From positions 1,216,826-1,280,825 of the forward strand of contig CAYOFQ010000001.1 of NCBI GenBank assembly GCA_964403585.1: DNA of 64,000 nt. The letters run 5' to 3'. Made by a program: the position numbers and the translations under genes. The notes beneath the pieces are model-generated. The model had not been told where the DNA came from. It did not search any database and saw nothing but the letters and a program-made list of their open reading frames with translations. Below are positions 1 to 10,071 of the stretch, piece by piece (the stretch's first letter is position 1; each line of letters begins with the position of its first letter). The stretch comes from an uncultured Gammaproteobacteria bacterium (GTDB taxonomy: Bacteria; Patescibacteriota; Microgenomatia; JALYQM01).

Positions 1-455
1 CGTTTTCGTTCGTCCATAGTCGGATCAATAACGTCCGACACATCCTGTTTTTTATTACCATCCTGACGAATTACCTCAAAATCCGATTCTCCCGGCTCCC
101 AGTAGCCATCCTCAGTAACCAGTACCGAATAAGAAACATCCGTATGGAAACCCTTATAATAAGCCCCCACATCGATTCCCATACGGTCACCGACCACTAA
201 CGGCTCCGTTTGAGGGATACCGTGTACAACAATATCATTTAAACAGGAGCAGATCGTATATTTATAACCTGGAACCCGTTTAAATGAGGCTTCTCCGCCC
301 ATTTCCCTGATTTTAGCCTCAGCGATACGATCAAGCTCCATTGGGGTTATTCCGGGCCTTACAGCGGCTTTAACGGCACGTAACGCCGCTGTGGTGATCT
401 TACCACCCTCCCGCATATTATCGACATCTTCTTTTGACTTCATAGGTATTTTCAT
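1..455 (-). CDS. map: methionine aminopeptidase type I, partial (C-terminus beyond window start)
   Basis: Reverse-strand translation from the ATG at 455: MKIPMKSKEDVDNMREGGKITTAALRAVKAAVRPGITPMELDRIAEAKIREMGGEASF...HGIP; M24A-like N-terminus; canonical position after adk in the spc operon. No stop before position 1. Confidence 0.8.
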   Translation of the reverse strand, partial: MKIPMKSKEDVDNMREGGKITTAALRAVKAAVRPGITPMELDRIAEAKIREMGGEASFKRVPGYKYTICSCLNDIVVHGIPQTEPLVVGDRMGIDVGAYYKGFHTDVSYSVLVTEDGYWEPGESDFEVIRQDGNKKQDVSDVIDPTMDERK

Positions 456-597
456 AAATTTATCTTCAAAGACTGCTGCAGACTTGTTTCCATGCGACCT
501 TCTTCGCCATACTTCTATTGGCGAAGCAGAGCTCCTAAACGCGAAGCGTTGAGCGTGTCGCCTGAAAACAAGTCAATGAGGGTTTTGATATATAAAA

Positions 598-1161
598 CTA
601 GCTCATTAACTCCGCATCCCCTATTTGTAACATTCGCTTTATTCTACCATACAAATCCTGAAAAATCGCATCAGGATCACGCTCACCATCAATTTTCTCC
701 AATATCGCCAAAGACTCAAACCAGTGGAGAACCGGTACAGTACGCTCATAATACAACCGTAAACGCTCTTTGATAACCTCAGGAGTATCATCAGCCCGAC
801 CGCGATTGGCCAGCCGCCGGATACATTCATCCTGACCAACATCCAAATAAAATACCCGGTCAATTCTCCCCTTATGCTCCTGAGCCTGCTTCAAATCCCG
901 GGGAAAGCCGTCGACAATAACATGACTGTGGTATTTGGCCTTCTCAAACATGATTTCTAATACCATATCGGCAGTTTCTTTATCAACCAGATGACCTGCC
1001 TCCAGTGCCGAACGAACCTTTTGACCAAGCTCGGTATTTTCCTTAGCTATCTCACGAAAAACCTCACCTGATTCGAGGTGAGGTATATCAAACACAGCAG
1101 CCAGCCGTTCAGCCTGGGTAGTTTTTCCGCTACCTTGTGGACCCATGATGATAATTACCAT
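598..1161 (-). CDS. adk: adenylate kinase (short form, no Zn lid)
   Basis: P-loop IIMGPQGSGKTTQ; VDGFPR motif; follows secY region in the spc operon. Confidence 0.9.
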   Translation of the reverse strand: MVIIIMGPQGSGKTTQAERLAAVFDIPHLESGEVFREIAKENTELGQKVRSALEAGHLVDKETADMVLEIMFEKAKYHSHVIVDGFPRDLKQAQEHKGRIDRVFYLDVGQDECIRRLANRGRADDTPEVIKERLRLYYERTVPVLHWFESLAILEKIDGERDPDAIFQDLYGRIKRMLQIGDAELMS

Positions 1162-1214
1162 ATAAAATGCTAAACGATTATATATAACTTTACTAAGGAA
1201 TACAAAGGTATAAA

Positions 1215-2486
1215 TTATGTATTTGGTGTCGTCCGATTTTTATACGCAGCAACAAGCCTGGGTATTGGCCACATCTGAGTTATGTCCCATGCTTTTTGCC
1301 CAGAAACTGCTAAAGCGGCAGATACCTGATCTTCAGACATCCGATGAGTAACAGCGTTTGTAGTGGCCATCTGTAATCCGGACAGATCATTTTGAACCTC
1401 GGTAATCAGGCACGCCCAAGTTCCAACCAACATATCATATACCGGCGTCTCTCTAAACGGATCGATAGCCACGTTAATTTCGGTGATCGCGTTGAGTAAA
1501 GGATCCGCCCACCCCGATCCCCCTTCTTTTATCAGACTCGGCATATCCCGATCCAGACGTTTATACGCTCGATACATGGTATAGAGCAGATTGTAATACG
1601 TATCAATTGTATCCGAGTCGACTGCGGTAAGATCAACGTTCACAACAGCATCGCGGATATTCGGATGCTCAGTGTCAATCAGTGCCTTAACAACAATACG
1701 CCGTTCTTCCGGCAACGCATCCGTAAATAAAGGGATATCGGTTCGGTTATAATCATCTTTTGATTGAAACGAGTTATAGCCACCGGTATCAGGCAGAATA
1801 AAATCAGAGAGTTTTCCTACTTGTGAGTTAAGACCAAGTAAACGGAGGCCATCAATTCGCCGGATGTCCCGCATATCGATACGCACAGCAATCAGCAGCT
1901 GGCGATCATTATAGATATTTCCCCCACTTGTAAAGGCACTTCCCCCACTCGCCTCAACGTAGCGCAACCCAAGACCTTTGGATACATCACCTTTCGTACG
2001 ATAGTCAGGAGTAAATATCGCACCTGGCATATGCTCAAGAAGCTGCCAGGGAAAATCTTCTCTTCGTTCATTAGTCCATTGTTCAACTACCCCGGGTCGG
2101 AAACTGCTTACGGTTCTACGCAACTGATTCATTGTTTCAGTCTTCGCCTGAATCTGTCTCACGGCAACACGGGTGGTATCAGTATCAAATTGCTTGCTTG
2201 ATTCAAGTAGGGCTATCCCGTCAGCAATTAAGGCATTGTTCGCAGCAGAAAGATCCCGCAAATGTCTGGCAACATCACCACGCCATTGCTCAAGCTGAGG
2301 AAATCCATGGATACCGACACTAATTGGCAAACTGTGGTCCTCAAGATTACGACCAACTCGCCGGACAGCTAATCCTGCCTGCAATACTGATAGCGCATTT
2401 TCACCGGACTTAGCATCAGGAAGAGAATATAATAAACTATCTAAATACGAAGTGGCGTACTTGCCTTCTATTTTTTTCATAGTCAA
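1215..2486 (-). CDS. hypothetical protein, 423 aa, inserted between secY and adk
   Basis: Long uninterrupted ORF, co-directional and tightly spaced (13-16 nt gaps) inside the spc operon; no motif I recognise. Confidence 0.6.
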   Translation of the reverse strand: MTMKKIEGKYATSYLDSLLYSLPDAKSGENALSVLQAGLAVRRVGRNLEDHSLPISVGIHGFPQLEQWRGDVARHLRDLSAANNALIADGIALLESSKQFDTDTTRVAVRQIQAKTETMNQLRRTVSSFRPGVVEQWTNERREDFPWQLLEHMPGAIFTPDYRTKGDVSKGLGLRYVEASGGSAFTSGGNIYNDRQLLIAVRIDMRDIRRIDGLRLLGLNSQVGKLSDFILPDTGGYNSFQSKDDYNRTDIPLFTDALPEERRIVVKALIDTEHPNIRDAVVNVDLTAVDSDTIDTYYNLLYTMYRAYKRLDRDMPSLIKEGGSGWADPLLNAITEINVAIDPFRETPVYDMLVGTWACLITEVQNDLSGLQMATTNAVTHRMSEDQVSAALAVSGQKAWDITQMWPIPRLVAAYKNRTTPNT

Positions 2487-2501
2487 GGCAGAGAATGAGT
2501 A

Positions 2502-3788
2502 TTATTCCAGGAAACGGTCGTAATTGTGAGTTACCAGGAGAGATTCAAGTTGTTTACTGGTTTCAAGAATAACGGAAACGACAATCAATAAACCTGTTCC
2601 ACCTAAAAGAACGGTCGTAACTCCGGTAATTGAACTAGCAATCGCCGGTAAAATAGCAACTGAAGCTAAAAAGATACCGCCAACTAACGTAATACGATTG
2701 AGTACATAGTTCAGATAACTCTGCGTTGGCTTACCGGGCCTAATACCGGGAATAAATCCACCGTTTTTCATTAATTGCTCAGATATATCTTTGGTATTGA
2801 AGGCAATAGCCGTGTATAGATAGGTAAACCCGAACACTAAAAGAAAATATACCGCATTATAAACAAAGGAATTAGGATTAAATGCCTGAGAGAGCCAGAT
2901 CGCTGCATCAGCGAGCTGTTTATTGCGGGAGGTGCTGAAAAACTGCCCCAACATACTTGGAATAAGTACCATCGAAACAGCAAAGATAATCGGGACGACA
3001 CCAGCCTGATTGACACGAAGCGGCAAATGACTATCCTGTCCACCAATAACCTGGGTACCCCGAACCCGACGGGCATATTGTACCGGTATCTTTCGCGCAC
3101 CTTCACTGATATACACAATTCCGGCGATCAAAGCGATACCCATTACCGCAAATACACCGTAGTTAAACCAGTTAATCGTCGCTGTCGAAGCGTACGCCTG
3201 AGCAACAACTTCAGGCAAACTGCCAACTATACCGGCAAATATCAACATTGAAACACCGTTACCAATGCCATACTGAGTGATCAGTTCTCCTAACCACATC
3301 AAAATCATTGTTCCGGCGGCGAGCGTCAGAACAATGGCAATAATGGTTAAAGGATTAACATCACCGACTACTTTAGACGATCTGAGTAAAGCAAAGACAC
3401 CAAATGCTTGTAACGCAGCTAATGGAATAGTTAACCAACGGGTGTACTGATTAATCTTTTCTCTCCCCTGCTCGCCTTCTTTAGATAATTTCTCTAAGGC
3501 CGGGAACATAATCGTCATCAACTGAAGGATAATCGAGGCGTTAATATACGGATTCAAACCAAGTGCAATAATTGAGAATCTGCTCAAAGTACCACCGGAG
3601 AAGACGTCTAATAATCCAAGGAATTGGCTACGGTCAAATAATTGCTTTAATGCAGCAGTATTAACACCGCTAACAGGGATAAAAGCTAAAATACGAAATA
3701 CTACTAAAATAGCGACTGTAAAAAGAATCTTCTTTCGTACTTCAGGAATTTGAAACGCCTGAAAAATAGGAGCAAATATTTTTTGCAT
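2502..3788 (-). CDS. secY: preprotein translocase subunit SecY
   Basis: 428 aa, 10 TM polytopic protein, operon position after rplO. Confidence 0.95.
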   Translation of the reverse strand: MQKIFAPIFQAFQIPEVRKKILFTVAILVVFRILAFIPVSGVNTAALKQLFDRSQFLGLLDVFSGGTLSRFSIIALGLNPYINASIILQLMTIMFPALEKLSKEGEQGREKINQYTRWLTIPLAALQAFGVFALLRSSKVVGDVNPLTIIAIVLTLAAGTMILMWLGELITQYGIGNGVSMLIFAGIVGSLPEVVAQAYASTATINWFNYGVFAVMGIALIAGIVYISEGARKIPVQYARRVRGTQVIGGQDSHLPLRVNQAGVVPIIFAVSMVLIPSMLGQFFSTSRNKQLADAAIWLSQAFNPNSFVYNAVYFLLVFGFTYLYTAIAFNTKDISEQLMKNGGFIPGIRPGKPTQSYLNYVLNRITLVGGIFLASVAILPAIASSITGVTTVLLGGTGLLIVVSVILETSKQLESLLVTHNYDRFLE

Positions 3789-3791
3789 ACT

Positions 3792-4226
3792 CTATTGTAC
3801 GTTTCCACCGGCACGTTCAATAGCTTCTTTTGCGGAAGCAGAAACAGGAAGTTCAACGGTTAATTTTTTAGTTAAATTGCCCTGTCCTAAAACCTTCACT
3901 CCAGACTGTGACGGAGAAACAACACCCTTCTCGTATAATGATTGTAACGTTACTGTCTCACCCGCATTAAATGAAGACTCCAGAACTGCCAGAGTCACCA
4001 CTATCGGTTTTTCATTTTTATTCAAATTTCCAATACCACGAACTTGTGGTAAATGCTTAAGCAAACGGCTTCGGCGGCTTCCGCCAACCCGATACCAGGG
4101 TGATTTACCGCGGGCCTTGTCACCTTTATGACCACGCCCTGAAGTTTTACCACGACCGGATGATGTACCACGTCCTACTCGTTTTCGGCTTCGCTCTACT
4201 AATGATGGCATTTCATGTAATTTCAT
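3792..4226 (-). CDS. rplO: 50S ribosomal protein L15
   Basis: GRGTSSGRGKTSGRGHKG motif; directly follows rpsE with no L30 gene between. Confidence 0.9.
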   Translation of the reverse strand: MKLHEMPSLVERSRKRVGRGTSSGRGKTSGRGHKGDKARGKSPWYRVGGSRRSRLLKHLPQVRGIGNLNKNEKPIVVTLAVLESSFNAGETVTLQSLYEKGVVSPSQSGVKVLGQGNLTKKLTVELPVSASAKEAIERAGGNVQ

Positions 4227-4230
4227 AACT

Positions 4231-4818
4231 TTACTTCACTTTCTTCAAAATATCTTTAACCGCATCATCGTCGGCAACTACCGGTAATTCATCAAGTGCA
4301 ATCTTCTCTTCTTTCTTCAAAATAACCTTCCGTCCCCCGTCGTCTTTACCAAGCCGGGTAGCACGCAACTGACCTAAAGCATGCAACGTTGCATAAACGT
4401 TTGAAGCCTGGTTTGTTGTTCCCATAATTTTAGAAACAACATCCCGAACTCCGGCTGCTTCAAGTACGGCACGGGCTGGTCCACCGGCAATAACACCGGT
4501 ACCTTTGGGAGCCGGCTTAAGCAAAATCTTAGCAGCACCAAGCTTTACAAATATATCGTGTGGAATAGTCGTTCCCTTCATTGGAACAGTTAGCAAATGC
4601 TTCTTGGCATAGTTAGCACCTTTACGAATAGCACTAGAAACATCCGGAGCTTTACCTAAACCAACACCAACTCGTCCTTTTTTATCGCCTACTACAATAA
4701 CTACTGAGAAACCCATACGGTTACCACCCTTTGTCTTTTTAGAGACTCGGTTAACCTGAACAACTTTCTCTTCGAATTCTTTTGGTTCCTGTGAATGATA
4801 TGAATTATTGTATGCCAT
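4231..4818 (-). CDS. rpsE: 30S ribosomal protein S5
   Basis: S5 dsRBD-like N-terminus and S5 C-terminal domain; operon position. Confidence 0.9.
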   Translation of the reverse strand: MAYNNSYHSQEPKEFEEKVVQVNRVSKKTKGGNRMGFSVVIVVGDKKGRVGVGLGKAPDVSSAIRKGANYAKKHLLTVPMKGTTIPHDIFVKLGAAKILLKPAPKGTGVIAGGPARAVLEAAGVRDVVSKIMGTTNQASNVYATLHALGQLRATRLGKDDGGRKVILKKEEKIALDELPVVADDDAVKDILKKVK

Positions 4819-4838
4819 GCTATAAATCCTTTACTCCT

Positions 4839-5183
4839 TTAAAAGTTTAATCCTGCCTCTCGTGCTCCATCTGCAAACGCTTTAATTCTTCCATGATACT
4901 GATATCCACCGCGATCAAAAACAACGGTATCAATCTTTGCATCTTTAGCTTTCTTAGCCATCATTTCACCAAGTAACTTTGACATCTCTGTTTTAGTAAC
5001 TTTCTGGTCTTTCAATTCTTTCGGCGAAACACCGGCAATAGTTTTGCGGGCAATATCGTCAATTAATTGAGCATAAATACCAACGTTTGATCGGTATACA
5101 GCCAAACGAGGTCGCTCAGCAGTTCCTGAAACCTTAGCGCGTACGCGACGATGTCTTTTATTTCTTGCTTCATTATTTGCCAT
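4839..5183 (-). CDS. rplR: 50S ribosomal protein L18
   Basis: Basic N-terminus RHRRVRAKVSGT, 114 aa, operon position. Confidence 0.9.
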   Translation of the reverse strand: MANNEARNKRHRRVRAKVSGTAERPRLAVYRSNVGIYAQLIDDIARKTIAGVSPKELKDQKVTKTEMSKLLGEMMAKKAKDAKIDTVVFDRGGYQYHGRIKAFADGAREAGLNF

Positions 5184-5243
5184 ACGATTTTTCCTAACTT
5201 TATTATCAATCTAAAATCGCTCCGAGCATAAATTGCTTGGAGT

Positions 5244-5789
5244 TTATTTTGCTCCTGCTTTCTTTGCTTTACCTGCTTTGCGTCGTACAACTTCACCGGC
5301 ATAACGAACACCTTTACCTTTATACGGCTCCGGCTTTCGTTTCTGGCGAATCATTGCTGCCATCTCACCGACAACCTGCTTATCTGCTCCACTTACCGTA
5401 ACTTTATTACCATTTACCGCAAAACTTACTCCCGGAAGTGGCTTAACCAAAACCTGATGAGAATAACCGAGTGACAGGTTTAAATTAGCACCCTGAAGAG
5501 CAGCACGATATCCGGTTCCAACAATTTCCAAATCTTTAGTCCAACCTTTTGAGACGCCAACAATCATATTATAAAGCAGCGTTCTAGTCAAACCGTGCAG
5601 GGCACGGGCGTTGGCACTTTCATTAGCTCGGGCAACTACAATTTTATCTTCAACAACATTAACAGTTACATCGGGCATTATTGGTTGAGTAAGCTCACCC
5701 TTAGGACCTTTAGCCTTAACAACTCCGTTATCCACAGTGAAGGTAACATCCTTAGGCAATGTGATAGGTAATTTTCCAATTCTTGACAT
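5244..5789 (-). CDS. rplF: 50S ribosomal protein L6
   Basis: MSRIGKLPITLPKDV N-terminus, 181 aa. Confidence 0.9.
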   Translation of the reverse strand: MSRIGKLPITLPKDVTFTVDNGVVKAKGPKGELTQPIMPDVTVNVVEDKIVVARANESANARALHGLTRTLLYNMIVGVSKGWTKDLEIVGTGYRAALQGANLNLSLGYSHQVLVKPLPGVSFAVNGNKVTVSGADKQVVGEMAAMIRQKRKPEPYKGKGVRYAGEVVRRKAGKAKKAGAK

Positions 5790-5805
5790 ACGATTTTACT
5801 TTCCT

Positions 5806-6204
5806 TTACCAAACTTTACAAATAAGCTCTCCACCAATATTCTGTTTCTTGGCATCCTGCCCTGTCATCAAACCCTTGCTCGTCGAAACAATAATTGTGC
5901 CAAGTCCACCCATAACACGAGGTATCTTAGTTGAATCCTTATAAACTCGTAAACTTGGTCGTGACAGTCTTTGTATACCGGACAAAGCAGGAACCTTAGC
6001 AAGTGAACCGGGAGCAGTTACATAACGCAATTTAACTGTTAAATAACGCTCTTCAGTTGAAAAATCAGCAATATATTCTTGACTCTTCAAAACTTCAGCC
6101 AAAGCTACTTTAAGCTTACTTGTAGGAATACGAACCTGCTTTAATCGGGCAAGATAACCATTTCGTACTATTGTTAACATGTCTGCGATTGGATCTGTGA
6201 TCAT
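5806..6204 (-). CDS. rpsH: 30S ribosomal protein S8
   Basis: MITDPIADMLTIVRNG N-terminus, 132 aa. Confidence 0.9.
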   Translation of the reverse strand: MITDPIADMLTIVRNGYLARLKQVRIPTSKLKVALAEVLKSQEYIADFSTEERYLTVKLRYVTAPGSLAKVPALSGIQRLSRPSLRVYKDSTKIPRVMGGLGTIIVSTSKGLMTGQDAKKQNIGGELICKVW

Positions 6205-6220
6205 ATGAAATTTCCTTTTC

Positions 6221-6406
6221 CTATAACGAAGCTTTTACCACGCCTGGAAGTTCTCCTTTCTGAGCCAACTGTCGGAAACAAATACGGCAAAGTCCAAAAT
6301 CTCGAATATAGGCACGAGAACGGCCACACAACTGGCATCGGTTTCGATAACGAGTTGCATATTTAAGTTTTTTTGACTCACGTAATATGTTTGATTTCTT
6401 TGCCAT
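6221..6406 (-). CDS. rpsN: 30S ribosomal protein S14 type Z (Zn-ribbon, 61 aa)
   Basis: [22 protein letters not shown] Cys4 motif, 61 aa. Confidence 0.9.
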   Translation of the reverse strand: MAKKSNILRESKKLKYATRYRNRCQLCGRSRAYIRDFGLCRICFRQLAQKGELPGVVKASL

Positions 6407-6418
6407 ATGAATTATCCC

Positions 6419-6985
6419 TTATTTATCTTCTTTCTTAAACGGCATACCGAACTTTTCAAGTAACTTATACGAATGTTCGGCACCTTTTGATCTGATAGTA
6501 AACGTAATTTGCATACCACGAACTTTATCTACTTTAGAGATATCAATCTCAGGGAATAATGTCTGCTCTGTTAAACCAAGAGAATAATTACCCTGGGCAT
6601 CGAATGCTTCACCATTTACACCCTGAAAGTCACGAACACGAGGTAAAACAACGTTGATTAAACGATCAAGAAATGAATACATTTTATCACCTCTGAGCGT
6701 AACTGCAACACCAATTACCTGTCCCTGACGCAATTTAAAAGTAGCAATAGCTTTTCGTGCCTTAGTTTGAACCGGTTTTTGACCGGCAATTTGACCAAGC
6801 TGCTCAGCAGCCTTTTCAATAACACCACTGTTTGCTACTGCTTCTCGGCCCAATCCCATATTCAAGACAATCTTATTAAGCACCGGAACTTCCATTGCTC
6901 CAAGATTGAGCTCTTTGGCTAATTCCTTCTTTATCTCTTCATTGTATTTTGTATGCATTCTGTTCATATTATATTTCCTTACCAC
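6419..6985 (-). CDS. rplE: 50S ribosomal protein L5
   Basis: 188 aa, operon position between rplX and rpsN. Confidence 0.9.
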   Translation of the reverse strand: MVRKYNMNRMHTKYNEEIKKELAKELNLGAMEVPVLNKIVLNMGLGREAVANSGVIEKAAEQLGQIAGQKPVQTKARKAIATFKLRQGQVIGVAVTLRGDKMYSFLDRLINVVLPRVRDFQGVNGEAFDAQGNYSLGLTEQTLFPEIDISKVDKVRGMQITFTIRSKGAEHSYKLLEKFGMPFKKEDK

Positions 6986-7274
6986 TCTTTACAGCGATGC
7001 GTACCTTTCGCTTATCTTTCATTTCATAACGCACGCGTGTAGCTTTATCATCTACAACCAAGGCAACTGCACTTGATCGTATCGGTTTATTCATCTCAAC
7101 AATAACACCTTTTTCACCGGTTCGACGTGGTTTCATATGCCGCTTCACTACATTCACATCTTTTACTTTAACCATTCCGGTCTTCGGATATACCCGCTCA
7201 ACACGACCCTTTTGCCCTTTATTTTTTCCGGACAATACCATAACATCATCACCTGTTTTAATCTTTAATTTCAT
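6969..7274 (-). CDS. rplX: 50S ribosomal protein L24
   Basis: KOW motif VKTGDDVMVLSGKNKGQKG. Confidence 0.9.
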   Translation of the reverse strand: MKLKIKTGDDVMVLSGKNKGQKGRVERVYPKTGMVKVKDVNVVKRHMKPRRTGEKGVIVEMNKPIRSSAVALVVDDKATRVRYEMKDKRKVRIAVKSGKEI

Positions 7275-7286
7275 ATAAATTCCTTT

Positions 7287-7655
7287 TTACCAAACCTCCG
7301 GAGCCAATGATAAGATCTTGTTATAGTTACGTGCGCGAAGCTCACGAGCTACCGGACCAAAAACACGGCTTCCTACTGGTTCACCATTAGCATTAACTAC
7401 CACTGCCGCATTATCGTCAAACTTAACGTACGAACCGTCTTCTCGGCGTGTTTCTTTGCGGGCACGCACCAAAACAGCTTTAACAATTGTCGCATCTTTA
7501 ACTTGACCATTCGGATCCGCACCTTTAACAACACAGGTTAATAAATCACCAATTCGTCCGTAGCGCTGCTTGGATTTACCAACAACCTGGATAACCATAA
7601 GTTGTTTTGCACCACTATTATCAGCCACATTTAAATAAGATCGATGTTGTACCAT
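7287..7655 (-). CDS. rplN: 50S ribosomal protein L14
   Basis: 122 aa; MVQHRSYLNVADNSGAK N-terminus. Confidence 0.9.
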   Translation of the reverse strand: MVQHRSYLNVADNSGAKQLMVIQVVGKSKQRYGRIGDLLTCVVKGADPNGQVKDATIVKAVLVRARKETRREDGSYVKFDDNAAVVVNANGEPVGSRVFGPVARELRARNYNKILSLAPEVW

Positions 7656-7658
7656 ATA

Positions 7659-7889
7659 TTAAGCCTTTACTACCTCAAGTGCTTTCCAGCGCTTATTCTT
7701 TGACATTGGACGCACTTCTGCGAATTTTATCATATCTCCCTCATGAAGTCCAAGTTCATCATGTACCAAAAATCGCTTCGTTCGAGCCATCCGCTTTTTA
7801 TATTTTGGATGAATCACAAATGTATGTACTTCAACAACAACTGTTTTGTCAGCCTTTTGTGAAACTACTTTTCCATGTAAAGTATTCAT
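7659..7889 (-). CDS. rpsQ: 30S ribosomal protein S17
   Basis: 76 aa; GKVVSQKADKTVVVEV. Confidence 0.9.
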   Translation of the reverse strand: MNTLHGKVVSQKADKTVVVEVHTFVIHPKYKKRMARTKRFLVHDELGLHEGDMIKFAEVRPMSKNKRWKALEVVKA

Positions 7890-7928
7890 AAAATTTCCTT
7901 TACCCTCTCTAACCCAATTTTATTCTGG

Positions 7929-8135
7929 CTAGGATTGTAATAACTCCTTTGCTCGCAAAACAGTAAGCACACGGGCAATGTCTTTTCGCAAAGAACTCAA
8001 GGTTCTACCATTAGTCAATTTACCCATAACATGATCTGAAGTAGCATTTTCAAGTTTATTGCGTAATTCTGAAAGCTGCTTATTCAATTCTTCTACTGAC
8101 GCAGTATGTAATTGCTTTACATCATTTGATCTCAT
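7929..8135 (-). CDS. rpmC: 50S ribosomal protein L29
   Basis: 68 aa helical protein at the canonical position. Confidence 0.85.
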   Translation of the reverse strand: MRSNDVKQLHTASVEELNKQLSELRNKLENATSDHVMGKLTNGRTLSSLRKDIARVLTVLRAKELLQS

Positions 8136-8140
8136 AAATA

Positions 8141-8554
8141 CTATTCCTTCACTACAAACTTAACTCCAATTGAAAACTTATGACCTGCCAGTCTCATTGC
8201 TTCCTGTGCCAATTCTTCAGATACACCACCAATTTCAAAGAGGATCGTACCTGGCTTTACCACAGCTACATAATGATCTACGTCACCTTTTCCACCACCC
8301 ATTTTAACTTCAGCCGGCTTTTTTCCAACCGGTTTATGAGGAAAAACGCGAATGTAGATTTTACCTCCACGCTTTGTCTCATGAGCAATAGCTTTACGGG
8401 CTGCTTCAATTTGACGACTGGTTACCCACCCTGCTTCCAGAGCCTGCAAACCAAACTGACCAAATGATACTTCATTGCCGCGTGTTGCAATTCCTCCGCG
8501 CTTACCACGGAATGCTTTTCGGTATTTAGTTCGTGACGGCATTAATAAAGCCAT
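8141..8554 (-). CDS. rplP: 50S ribosomal protein L16
   Basis: 137 aa; [19 protein letters not shown]. Confidence 0.9.
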   Translation of the reverse strand: MALLMPSRTKYRKAFRGKRGGIATRGNEVSFGQFGLQALEAGWVTSRQIEAARKAIAHETKRGGKIYIRVFPHKPVGKKPAEVKMGGGKGDVDHYVAVVKPGTILFEIGGVSEELAQEAMRLAGHKFSIGVKFVVKE

Positions 8555-8625
8555 ACGATTTTTCCTCTATCTAAAAAATTATAATCTAAAATCGGTCCGC
8601 GCTATGCGTGGACAAAATACTCCTA

Positions 8626-9267
8626 TTAAATCTTCTTCTCGCCTCGATTAATCCAAACTTTAACGCCAACATAACCTGATTTTGTTAAAGCAGGAACGTG
8701 TGCAAAATCGATATCGGCACGGAGAGTGTGCAAGGGAATAGTTCCTTTTTTCGCACTTTCCCGTCGGGCAATTTCCGCACCATTAATACGTCCGGAAAGC
8801 AAAACTTTAACACCCTTGCCACCAGCTTTGGTTACCCGTTCTACAACCTGATTCAAAACCCTCTTTGACGGCATTCTTTTTGCTAACTGCTCTGCAGCAG
8901 ATGAAGCAACGAGGAATGCAACCAAATCCGGGTTCTTAACCTCTTCAACTTTTATTTCAAGATTCTTAGCGTCAGTAATATTTAATTCGGACATTAACGC
9001 TTTTTTCAACTCATCAAGACCACTTCCACCACGTCCAATAACAACACCGGGTCGCGCTACATACAATGTTAAAGTCATTTTATTAACTGCTCTCTCAATC
9101 TCGACACGGGCAATTGAAGCACTGCGCAAACGTTTCATCAAAAACTCACGGAGCTTTACATCCTGCAACAAATAAGTCTTGTATTTCTTAGGATCGGCAT
9201 ACCATCGGGAAAGATGAGAATGAACGATGCCAAGACGAAATGATATTGGATGTATTTTCTGACCCAT
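8626..9267 (-). CDS. rpsC: 30S ribosomal protein S3
   Basis: 213 aa; MGQKIHPISFRLG, KH domain. Confidence 0.9.
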   Translation of the reverse strand: MGQKIHPISFRLGIVHSHLSRWYADPKKYKTYLLQDVKLREFLMKRLRSASIARVEIERAVNKMTLTLYVARPGVVIGRGGSGLDELKKALMSELNITDAKNLEIKVEEVKNPDLVAFLVASSAAEQLAKRMPSKRVLNQVVERVTKAGGKGVKVLLSGRINGAEIARRESAKKGTIPLHTLRADIDFAHVPALTKSGYVGVKVWINRGEKKI

Positions 9268-9272
9268 TGTAA

Positions 9273-9602
9273 TTATCCTTCTAAAACTACCGTTACATGG
9301 CTGTTGCGTCGCTTATACGAATGTGCAGCACCACGGGATGCCGGACGAAATCGCTTAAAAACAGCGCCACCATCGACAATAATATTCTTAATCTCTAAAT
9401 TGCTCGGCTCCAGCTTATGCGCTGACTGAGCATTTGCTACGGCACTTGCGATCAACTTGATGAGCGGCACTGATGCAGCCCGGTCAACATGTTGCAAACG
9501 AACTAATGTTTCAAGCGCTTTAGTTTTCTTGAAAACATTGGCAAGAACACGTAATTTACGTGGACTCATTCGAACATTTCGTGCTGTAGCTGTAATTTCC
9601 AT
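9273..9602 (-). CDS. rplV: 50S ribosomal protein L22
   Basis: 109 aa; operon position. Confidence 0.9.
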   Translation of the reverse strand: MEITATARNVRMSPRKLRVLANVFKKTKALETLVRLQHVDRAASVPLIKLIASAVANAQSAHKLEPSNLEIKNIIVDGGAVFKRFRPASRGAAHSYKRRNSHVTVVLEG

Positions 9603-9644
9603 ACAATAAACCCTTTAAACTTTCTCTATAATCAATTGCTATCT

Positions 9645-9929
9645 TTATGTCTTGGAAGTACTCTTCTCAGTCATCTTACCGTGTCCGCGGAAAGTGCGAG
9701 TCGGAGCGAATTCTCCCAAACGATGTCCTACCATAGATTCAGTAACAAAAACCGGAACGTGAATACGTCCGTTATGAACAGCAATGGTGTGACCAACAAA
9801 TTCAGGGGCAATCTGACAGTTTCGAGCCCAGGTTTTAATAACCTGTTTGGCACCTGTCTGGTTCATTCTGCTGACTTTTAACATTAACTTATCGTCAACA
9901 TATGGTCCTTTTTTTGTTGATCGTGACAT
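9645..9929 (-). CDS. rpsS: 30S ribosomal protein S19
   Basis: 94 aa; [12 protein letters not shown]..., GHTIAVHNG. Confidence 0.9.
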   Translation of the reverse strand: MSRSTKKGPYVDDKLMLKVSRMNQTGAKQVIKTWARNCQIAPEFVGHTIAVHNGRIHVPVFVTESMVGHRLGEFAPTRTFRGHGKMTEKSTSKT

Positions 9930-10071
9930 GAATACACCTCTATCTATTTTCTAATTTTTGTATTCATCCCGGACATTTATGTCTGGGATAGTTTTCCTAA
10001 TAATATTAACTCAATTTCACGTTTTCAGATTATACTAAAAATTACTATTTATTTCTATACCTAATCTCTGA

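Noticed and set aside
639-863. 74-aa ORF on the minus strand and 492..773 on the plus strand overlapping adk
   Set aside because: Out-of-frame or antisense shadows of the well-supported adk gene; no motifs.
1215-2486. Claim that the secY-adk insert is recently horizontally acquired, based on GC content
   Set aside because: By eye the insert (~48-50% GC) is higher than the r-protein genes (~38-42%), but adk and many accessory genes are similarly GC-richer. Composition alone does not support HGT without a proper k-mer or codon analysis.
2837-3251. ORFs 2837..3118 (-) and 3027..3251 (+) inside secY
   Set aside because: Alternate-frame or antisense ORFs inside a highly conserved gene.
9930-10071. 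Hairpin cccggaca-ttta-tgtctggg in the rplB-rpsS spacer as a terminator
   Set aside because: On the transcribed (minus) strand the stem has an A-C mismatch and no U-run follows. It is more likely a minor processing or stability element, not called.
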